Below are positions 1 through 7,116 of a stretch of DNA of 31,789 nucleotides, one piece after another. Made by a program: the position numbers and the translations under genes. Below the pieces are notes generated by a model. The model was given only the letters and a program-made list of their open reading frames with translations. It ran no database searches and was not told where the DNA came from. The stretch's first letter is position 1. Each line of letters begins with the position of its first letter. The DNA comes from Chthoniobacteraceae bacterium (GTDB taxonomy: Bacteria; Verrucomicrobiota; Verrucomicrobiia; Chthoniobacterales; Chthoniobacteraceae): positions 1-31,789 of the forward strand of contig JANNWY010000152.1 in the NCBI GenBank assembly GCA_031409335.1, in the 5' to 3' direction.

Positions 1-582
1 ATGGGTGCGCGTCCACTCGAATTCGTGCTGCGGCGGGTAGCGGTATTCGTGGTCGAAACGATTGCCGAGATAGCGCCACTGCCCGCCGTCGCAGAGCCAC
101 TTGAAGGTCTTGAGGTCGGTGACGTTTTCGCCGACGCGAAACTTCATGAACAGGTGCGGACCGATGGTCGAAAATTTCGCGAACCGCGCGTTTTTGTAAT
201 AGCGGTAGAGCGCTTTGAAGTCGGCGTGGAATTCCGCATCGGCGAGCGGGGCGAGCGGGAGTTCGCGGAACTGGTGATCCTCGTGCTGGTAGAGCGCGAA
301 GACATCGGCGGGCTGCGTTTCGGTGCGCAGGCCGAGGAGCACGTTGTAGCCGAGCAGGAAGCGTCCGCCGCCGATGGGAATCATGTCGCGCGGCGTGCAG
401 TTGTGCGTGGTGGTGATGCGCTCGGTGGCGAGGAGCGCGGTGGGGATCGCGCCGAAGACGGCCTGGCGCGCGGTGTTCAGCTTTTCAAGGCGCGTGCGCA
501 AATCCGCGCCGTGCGCGGTGAGGCGGGCGCGGAGGATTTCGTAGGTGCCCTGATCGAGAGCGGTGGCGGCGGGGTCCGGCAT
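1..582 (-). CDS. N-terminal part of the large flotillin-associated putative AAA ATPase (often annotated 'DNA repair ATPase', DUF3686-type); runs off the left edge
   Basis: Absent from the ORF track (no stop in window). Translated by hand from ATG at 582: MPDPAATALDQGTYEILRARLTAHGADLRTRLEKLNTARQAVFG...FKALYRYYKNTRF...YLGNRFDHEYRYPPQHEFEWTRTH, open to position 1. The G-x-YE-x-LR-x-RL...LN-x-x-R-x-x-x-FG start and the position downstream of a flotillin gene match this family. The ATPase domain itself lies outside the window. Confidence 0.85.
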   Translation of the reverse strand, partial: MPDPAATALDQGTYEILRARLTAHGADLRTRLEKLNTARQAVFGAIPTALLATERITTTHNCTPRDMIPIGGGRFLLGYNVLLGLRTETQPADVFALYQHEDHQFRELPLAPLADAEFHADFKALYRYYKNARFAKFSTIGPHLFMKFRVGENVTDLKTFKWLCDGGQWRYLGNRFDHEYRYPPQHEFEWTRTH

Positions 583-639
583 TTGCGGAGATCAGCGGGG
601 GAATGCAACGAAAACGGGGAGATGGGCTGCCGGATGTGA

Positions 640-784
640 CGGCCCTGCGGGCGGCTGAACGCCAAACGCCAAACGCCAAACTCCAAACTCCAAACGATCG
701 GACTCCAATGCGAACGCGACCGGGAATCCTTTGGCGTTTGGCGTTTGACGGTTGGCGTTTGAAGTTAAGCCGCCGGCAGGGCCG
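640..784. repeat. Large intergenic inverted repeat built from heptamer tandem arrays
   Basis: Outer arms 640-656 CGGCCCTGCGGGCGGCT and 768-784 AGCCGCCGGCAGGGCCG (16/17 complementary). Inner arrays (AACGCCA)3(AACTCCA)2 at 658-692 and TTTGGCG-type units at 730-757. Confidence 0.9.
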
Positions 785-852
785 CAACGACTCGATGGCA
801 AAGCGCCGGTTTCCAGCTTCACGTTCATCTCCTTTGACGGCAGCGCGAACGG

Positions 853-2922
853 TCAGGCCTTGGCGCGTTTTCCGTCTTTCGCGACTTTGCTGCCGGCGAG
901 GCCGAGGCGCTCGGCCTGGCCGAGCAATCCGGCGAGCAGGCCCTTCGTCCGCGTGTCGTCGGCGAGGCCCAGCATCTGCGTGAGCGCGGCGGAGATGGTG
1001 AGGTTTTTCAGGTCTTCGCTCGTCAGTCCGAACCGGTCGATGAAGCCTTGGAGTTGAGTGTGGAAATGCTCGGGGTCGCCGTTGAAAAAGGTGTCCTTCA
1101 CGTCGGTGAGCACGGTGCTGCTGCCGCTGAAACGATCGGCCGCCTTGCCCGCGCTCACCGCGCCGGTGATGCGATCGAAGAACGCCGCGTCGCCACCGAC
1201 GATGTCGATCTTCGAGTGCTTGAGCGCTTCGCTGATGACGGATGCCTGGCTGCTCGCGATATTCGCCTGGGTCTGGATCGTGGCGAGGTCCACGTCGCGT
1301 TCTTTGGCAAGGCGCAGCTTGAACTCCTCGTGCTCGCGGCCCGCATCGTGGAAGAGCTTCATCGCTTCCGCTTTTTCCGTGATGCCTTTCGCTTCCGCGG
1401 AAGCTTTGAGCTGGAGCACTTCGGCTTCCGCGGTGCCCTGCTGTCTCGTGGCCGCAGCTTTGGCGGTGAGGACTTGCGCGTCGGCAAGGCCATGCGCGGC
1501 GGCTTCCGCAGTGAGCGCCTCGGCGAGCATCTTCTTCGCGGACGATGTTTTGATCGCGGCCTGCTCGTCGGCCTCGGCGCTGATGACTCTTTGCTGCGCC
1601 AGCTTCTCGGCGGCTTGTTTCTCCGCGTCGGCGTGGCGGACGATCGTCATCAAATCCTGATCGGCATGAAACTCCGCCGCCTTCTTCGCGGCCTCGGCGG
1701 CTTTGATGTCCTTGATGAGCACCTGCTCGGCCTCGCGCTCGGCGGCGACGATTGCCACCTTCTTCTCACGATCCGCAATGGCGAAAGCCTCGGTGTCCTT
1801 GATCTTCTGCTGCTCGATCACCACGGTTTTCTCCACTTCGAGCCGCTGGCGGATCACGTCCTGGATGGCCTTTTGCTGCACCTCGACGGCCTTGTCTTTT
1901 TCGATCTGCGCGAGCTTTACGATGCGCTCGCGCTCGTTCACTTCGACGAGGCGATCTTTTTCCACGCGCTCCTTTTCCACTGCATCCGTGCGCTCCTTGT
2001 TCCGCGTCGCGACGATGATTTGCCGGTTCTTGTTTTCCTCGGCGACCATCAGCTCTTCATCCACGGCGATGCGCGATTGCTCGGATTTCAACCGCTGCTC
2101 GGCCTGCACTTTCTTCGTCTCGGATTCCTCGCGCGCCGTGATGGAGGCAATCTCGCGCTTCTGCTTTTGCTCGGCCTCGGCGAGCTGCTTGTTGAGTTCG
2201 AGGATCGCCTCGTTCGCCTCGACATCCTGCTTCGTGATCGTCTTCTGCCGCTCGCGGTCGATCTGGTTCGCCAGCACTTTTTGCACTGCCGTGAGTTCGG
2301 TGATTTTCTTGATGCCTTCCGAGTCGAGGATGTTGTCCGGGTTCAGCAGCGAGAGTGGCGTTTGTTCGAGAAAATCAATCGCCACGTCTTCCAGCACGAA
2401 GCCATTCAAGTCGGTGCCGATCGACTTGAGGATGCCTTCTTTCAGCTTGTCGCGGCTGTTGTAGAGATCGACGAACTGGAACTGTCGGCCCACCGTTTTC
2501 AGCGCCTCGGAAAACTTTGAGTCGAAGAGATCAATGATCGCCTCCAGGCTCGAAGCCCGCGCGCATCCCACCGATTGCGCGACTTTCAGCACGTCGTCGG
2601 CGGTCTGATTTACGCGGACGAAAAACGCGACCTTGATATCGGCGCGCATGTTATCCATGCAGATGAGCCCGTTCTGCCCGTGGCGATAGATCTCCACGCG
2701 CTTCACCGAGATGTCCATGTATTCGGCCTTGTCGATGATCGGGAAAACGGTCAGGCCCGAGAAGGAAACCTTCGTGCCGCGCAGGCCGTTGCGGATGATA
2801 GTGCGGCCCTGCTCCACTTTGCGGAAGCAGGTGAGGATGCTCAGCAGCCCGCCGATCAGGATGAGTAAAAGGATGGTGCCAGCGATGCCGAAGAGGTTCT
2901 CCAGAAATGCGAAGGTGATCAT
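853..2922 (-). CDS. Flotillin / SPFH (band 7) family membrane protein, YqiK-like
   Basis: 689 aa. N-terminal TM helix, SPFH region (GLICMDNMRADIKVAFFVRVN...FSEALKTVG...IGTDLNGFVLEDVAID), long Ala/Glu/Lys coiled coil, C-terminal IDIVGG motif. Confidence 0.93.
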   Translation of the reverse strand: MITFAFLENLFGIAGTILLLILIGGLLSILTCFRKVEQGRTIIRNGLRGTKVSFSGLTVFPIIDKAEYMDISVKRVEIYRHGQNGLICMDNMRADIKVAFFVRVNQTADDVLKVAQSVGCARASSLEAIIDLFDSKFSEALKTVGRQFQFVDLYNSRDKLKEGILKSIGTDLNGFVLEDVAIDFLEQTPLSLLNPDNILDSEGIKKITELTAVQKVLANQIDRERQKTITKQDVEANEAILELNKQLAEAEQKQKREIASITAREESETKKVQAEQRLKSEQSRIAVDEELMVAEENKNRQIIVATRNKERTDAVEKERVEKDRLVEVNERERIVKLAQIEKDKAVEVQQKAIQDVIRQRLEVEKTVVIEQQKIKDTEAFAIADREKKVAIVAAEREAEQVLIKDIKAAEAAKKAAEFHADQDLMTIVRHADAEKQAAEKLAQQRVISAEADEQAAIKTSSAKKMLAEALTAEAAAHGLADAQVLTAKAAATRQQGTAEAEVLQLKASAEAKGITEKAEAMKLFHDAGREHEEFKLRLAKERDVDLATIQTQANIASSQASVISEALKHSKIDIVGGDAAFFDRITGAVSAGKAADRFSGSSTVLTDVKDTFFNGDPEHFHTQLQGFIDRFGLTSEDLKNLTISAALTQMLGLADDTRTKGLLAGLLGQAERLGLAGSKVAKDGKRAKA

Positions 2923-3587
2923 AGGTCAGGTAGGTTTTGGGTTTGTGAAGATTCGAGCGAAGGCATCGGCGTGATGTAATAGACGCCCTTTTCTGAGTCG
3001 CTCCGCACGACGGCGGCGCGCGCGCCTTTTACCAGGACGGCGTCGCCAAGCGTGCGCACATTGATGAGCACCGGCGCGCCGCTGCGCGTGATCTCGGCCT
3101 GGCCAAAGGTCGGCGTGGCCTCGCTCGTGGTGATGAGGCAGACGCTCCCGAGCACTTCCTCGCCCGCGCCGCGGTCCTTGTTGATGAGGCGAAATAGCGG
3201 GCGCAGCGGCATCGTCACGTAGCGCGTGACGACGACGCTCACGAGGAAAATGGGGATGAGCATCGCGAGGGCGAAAAGCTGGGAGCCGCCGGTGAGGTAG
3301 TAATTTGAAAGCATCGAGCCCAGCCACATCGCGAGCCCGAGCACGCTGACGATGACCATGACCGGCACATCGCCGATGCCGACGAAGTCCATGAACTTGG
3401 TGGCGCCGCCAGCGTCGTGATCGATCTCGTGGTGAACGTCGCCTTCGACATGCGCATCGACATCGGAAAAAAGATGCACATCCAGCGCGCCCAGCGCGAC
3501 GAGCAGCCAGTAGAGCACGATCAGCCCGAGCAGCACCGTGAAGGGCAGATTCACCATCCGAAAGGCTTGTTCGAAAACTTCGCTCAT
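2919..3587 (-). CDS. YqiJ/NfeD-like membrane protein with C-terminal OB-fold (DUF1449-type flotillin partner)
   Basis: Start taken at MSEVFEQ (ATG 3587). Three TM helices, His/Asp-rich loop, GDVP motif, C-terminal G-x-A-x-I...G-A-P-V-L-I-N-V-R OB-like region. ATGA overlap with the flotillin start. Confidence 0.85.
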   Translation of the reverse strand: MSEVFEQAFRMVNLPFTVLLGLIVLYWLLVALGALDVHLFSDVDAHVEGDVHHEIDHDAGGATKFMDFVGIGDVPVMVIVSVLGLAMWLGSMLSNYYLTGGSQLFALAMLIPIFLVSVVVTRYVTMPLRPLFRLINKDRGAGEEVLGSVCLITTSEATPTFGQAEITRSGAPVLINVRTLGDAVLVKGARAAVVRSDSEKGVYYITPMPSLESSQTQNLPDL

Positions 3588-4204
3588 ATTGCCAGACGGG
3601 AGTGAACCATCGCGTCTGCGGCGATGCACTCGAAATCGCGCGGGCTGGCCGGTCGGCTGGTCACCGGTGGTTTCCGCGTTGTGATGGAAATTGGTGCGAA
3701 AGAAAGGCCGCCCGGGGCGCGGGCGCGCGAAGTAAAGCGGACAGGCGGTGTTCTGCCGTCGCCTCGCCGTTCCGCCACCGCTTTTCCATCACGACTCGTG
3801 CTTTCGGCGGATGAAAAAACTGGCGCACGCAGAGCCCGCGACCGGGGCTGGCAATCAGCCCGCGCGCGGTGACCCAGGCTTCCCGATCACTGCGCGAATG
3901 CGGTGGCTTTCCTCTGCGATCATGTCGGCGACATCGGCCACCAGCGCACTTTCCATGAAGTCCGGCGATTACCGATCCGCGCGGCAAGTGTTTCGATGTG
4001 ACGAAGCGCAGCCATTGCCCGGTCTTGCCGATCCACGCTCAAACCGCCGGAACTGAGTAGGGAGTGGGGTGAAACATGTGTCCCAATCCCAAATTTGAGG
4101 TGCGCGGCATGAGACCGAGTGAATCCGCCTCGATTTGGAGGCGCACGCGAATACCGTCAATTGGAGAGTTCTTGGCAGAAGGACATCGGAAGATTCTGCC
4201 ACTC

Positions 4205-4342
4205 ATGCCGAAGCTCAAACGACCGCACCATTTGCTCGGTCGCAATCTCTCCGCCACCCGCCAGGGACGGGGCTGGACGCAGGAGCAGGCTGCGGAACGC
4301 GCGGGCGTTTCGCTCAAGTATTCTGGCCCTTTTGATAGATGA
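4205..4342 (+). pseudogene. Truncated XRE-family helix-turn-helix regulator
   Basis: MPKLKRPHHLLGRNLSATRQGRGWTQEQAAERAGVSLKY matches the first three HTH_3 helices (R-x-x-R-G-W-T-Q-E-x-x-A-E-x-A-G-V-S), then breaks into SGPFDR* where the 30-bp repeat begins. Confidence 0.75.
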
Positions 4343-4392
4343 CCTGTCCCTTTATTTCGCCTTTTTGATAGATGACCTGTCCCTTTATTTCG
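4330..4392. repeat. Two exact 30-bp direct repeats (period 33)
   Basis: TTTTGATAGATGACCTGTCCCTTTATTTCG at 4330-4359 and 4363-4392. Confidence 0.95.
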
Positions 4393-4456
4393 GCAGGCAC
4401 TTGTGGTCGTTGGTCTTCGAAATCTGTCCCGAATCGGCACTCTGGGTGAACACCGT

Positions 4457-4483
4457 GGAGCCGAGGGTCCGGAGCCGAGGGTC
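4457..4483. repeat. 13-bp tandem direct repeat
   Basis: GGAGCCGAGGGTC at 4457-4469 and 4471-4483. Confidence 0.85.
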
Positions 4484-4612
4484 AGTCTGTGAATCTTGAA
4501 ACTTCCAAGTAACAACGCGAGATTCGCCGGAGAAACACTGACGACAATTGCGGAAACTCGCTCTGCCGCACCTGCATACGCGGTATCGCTGCTGCGTTTT
4601 TATTGCGCACCA

Positions 4613-5771
4613 CTACCGCGCTCTTCGGCGGGCGAGACTCAGTCCGATCGAAAGAGCCAGGAGCAACGTGGAGGAGGGCTCGGGGACGGGGTTGGCGATG
4701 GCGATGCCGGTGGTGCCATTCGCCAGCTCGTAGTAGAAGGCCACTTGTCCGAGGTCGTTCAGGCTGGTCGGAGAGATTCCCAGCCCGGTGACCGTAGAGC
4801 CAAAGAGCGGACTGCCGTTTCCGAGGACTTCGCTTGTGGCAGAACCGTCACCGATGAAGATACCAGCGCCTCCGGCATCCAGACCTGCTGCGAACGCCAC
4901 CTTGCCCGCTGCGTTGATCGACGCTACGCTGCCATAGAGGCTGAAATGGCCCGGAGATGTCGGCGATGGTCGTCAACGGTCCTCCGTTACCGGTATAGAT
5001 GCCAAAGCCGCCCGAGTCTATATCTCCGACGCCTGCAACGAAAGCCACTGTGCCCACCGCGTTCATGGAGGGTGCAAAGCCAAAAGATTTGAGCGGTCCC
5101 GCACTGTCAACGATCGTAGTCATCAACCTACCGTTGACGGTCACAATGCCGGTCCCGTTAGTTTTTCGAAACGCGACGGTGCCAGCGTCGTTGAGAGAAA
5201 CGTTGGAATCCGCGAACAACGGCGCTGAATTGAGAAAAAGCGGCGTCACGGTGCCTCCGCTGTTGATGAAAATACCAGCAGGTCCCGTGTCCTGCGAAGC
5301 CCAGAATGCCACCGTGCCCGCCGAATTGATCGCGGTGGAGTAACCAGCGGCGAAGTCTCTGAACTGGCCCGCTGTATTTGCGATTGTGACTAAAGGTCCA
5401 CCGTTGCCGGCAAAGATGCTGTCCCCGGAACCACTATTCGGGGAGGCGACGAACGCCACCGTGCCGGCCCGGTTGATCGCGGGCGGTCCAAAATAGGCGA
5501 ATATGGACGGAGCAATGGCGATCGTTGTTATGGTGGAAGCGTTGCCGGTAAAGATTCCCTGGTTTCCAGCGTCCAGGGTCGCGCGAAACGCCACCGTACC
5601 GACGGCGTTGAGGGAGGGCGAATCAAAGTCAAAGGTGCCAAATGGCCCTGCGGAATCGGCGACTAGCGTGAACGTGTATTCGGCTTTTGCCTTTGCGGCG
5701 ATTGCCCCCACCAGCACACACGCGATCAAAAAAGCGCAGTTTAGTCGCGAACGGAAAGCTCGAATTGTCAT
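4613..5771 (-). pseudogene. NxxGxxAF tandem-repeat (choice-of-anchor) PEP-CTERM surface protein, frameshifted near 4943-4946
   Basis: ORFs 4848-5792 and 4613-4900 join if one base is removed (CCATTTCAGC to CCATTCAGC), giving GPFSLYGSVASINAAGKVAF, colinear with the paralog. Signal peptide ending AKA-EYTF, repeats S(I/L)NxxGxVAF, C-terminus VPEPSSTLLLALSIGLSLARRRAR. GAGGAG precedes ATG 5771. Confidence 0.85.
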
Positions 5772-5792
5772 CCAACTCCTCTTCCATTTCAC

Positions 5793-7001
5793 TCAGCACT
5801 TCCGCGTTGTTCGCCTGGCGAGACTCAGTCCGAGCAAAAGCGCCAGGAGCAGGGAGGAAGAGGGCTCGGGGACGGGGTTGGCGATGGCGATGCCGGTGGC
5901 GCCATTGGCTAAGGTGTAGCCAAAGGCCACTTGTCCGAGGTCGTTGAAGCTGGTGGGGGAAATATTCAGCGAGGTAATGGTGGAGCCAAAGAGGGGATCG
6001 CCGGAGCCAATGACCTCGCTCGTGTCAGCGCCGTCACCGATGTAAATGCCAAACCCGCCGGAGTCCAAGCTCGCCATGAACGCCACGGTGCCAGCCCCGT
6101 TGATTGAGGGCAGGTTAAGATTAAAATCGAAGTAGCTAAATGGTCCCGAGAGATCGGCGATGGTCATCAAAGGCCCGCCGTTGCCAGTGTAGATGCCGAA
6201 GGCAGCCGAGTCGAAATCCAAGCCTCCGACAAAAGCCACCGTTCCCGCGCTGTTGATCGAGGGTGTGTTGCCAAAAGATTTGAGCAGTCCCGAGCTGTCA
6301 GCGATTGTCGCGATCGGCCCCCCATTGCTGGTGAAAATTCCCATGCTCAAATTGCCCTGACCCAGGAAAGCCTTGAAAGCCACTGTGCCTGCGTCGTGGA
6401 TAGAGGCGCTGCTCACTCGATTCAAAGAAACCGAATTAATCACAATCGGAGTCGCTACCCCGCCGTCGCCGACAAAAATCCCGATAGGCCCTGAGTCCTG
6501 GTCGGCAACGAATGCCACCTTACCCGCCGCATTGATCGACGTGTAACCACCAAAGGAATCAAACTGACCGGCCGTGTCCGCGATCGTAAGCAATGGCCCA
6601 CCGTTGCCAGCAAAGATGCCTTCTCCTACACCGGTTGCTTGCTTCCCATAGAACGCTACAGTGCCCGCCTGATTGATCGAAGGGGCCCCAAAACTTGCGA
6701 ATGGCATCGCAGAGATCGTGACTGTTGTTGTTGGCCCCCCATTGCCGGTAAAAACTCCGCGGCTCCCGTTGTCCAAGAGCGCCGAAAACGCCACTGTTCC
6801 CGATGCGTTGAGGGAAACTGGCGACGTCGTGCCAAAGTTTCCGAACGGTCCCGTGGAGTCGGCGATAAGTGTGAATGTGTATTCGGCTTTCGCCTTCGTC
6901 GCCGTGATGAGCAGGCACGCGATCAAAAAAGCACGGCTTAGATCGCGGAGCAGGAACTGCCGCGAACGGAGAGGTTGAATCGAGGGGAAGGTGGTTTTCA
7001 T
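5793..7001 (-). CDS. NxxGxxAF tandem-repeat (choice-of-anchor) PEP-CTERM surface protein
   Basis: Start taken at MKTTFP (ATG 7001). Signal peptide ending AKA-EYTF, seven S(I/L/F)(N/H)xxGxVAF repeats (probable 7-bladed propeller), C-terminal VPEPSSSLLLALLLGLSLARRTTRKC. Confidence 0.92.
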   Translation of the reverse strand: MKTTFPSIQPLRSRQFLLRDLSRAFLIACLLITATKAKAEYTFTLIADSTGPFGNFGTTSPVSLNASGTVAFSALLDNGSRGVFTGNGGPTTTVTISAMPFASFGAPSINQAGTVAFYGKQATGVGEGIFAGNGGPLLTIADTAGQFDSFGGYTSINAAGKVAFVADQDSGPIGIFVGDGGVATPIVINSVSLNRVSSASIHDAGTVAFKAFLGQGNLSMGIFTSNGGPIATIADSSGLLKSFGNTPSINSAGTVAFVGGLDFDSAAFGIYTGNGGPLMTIADLSGPFSYFDFNLNLPSINGAGTVAFMASLDSGGFGIYIGDGADTSEVIGSGDPLFGSTITSLNISPTSFNDLGQVAFGYTLANGATGIAIANPVPEPSSSLLLALLLGLSLARRTTRKC

Positions 7002-7116
7002 ACTGGCGTGTGGGGGTTGCAGCTTTAACCGGCGTTTTTGGTTTGATAAAAACCCTCGCGGATCTCCGAATTGCTGCATTCCATATCGGCTAGTATGTCG
7101 CATGCGGCGGTGTTTA

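Noticed and set aside
1..639. 212-aa plus-strand ORF
   Set aside because: Antisense shadow of the minus-strand ATPase-family gene, which has recognisable motifs.
477..828. Short ORFs with FGVWRLAF / RQTPNAK repeats
   Set aside because: Translations of the heptamer arrays, with no independent coding evidence.
4330..4392. Possible mini-CRISPR (30-bp repeats)
   Set aside because: Only two copies separated by 3 nt; no spacer and no cas genes.
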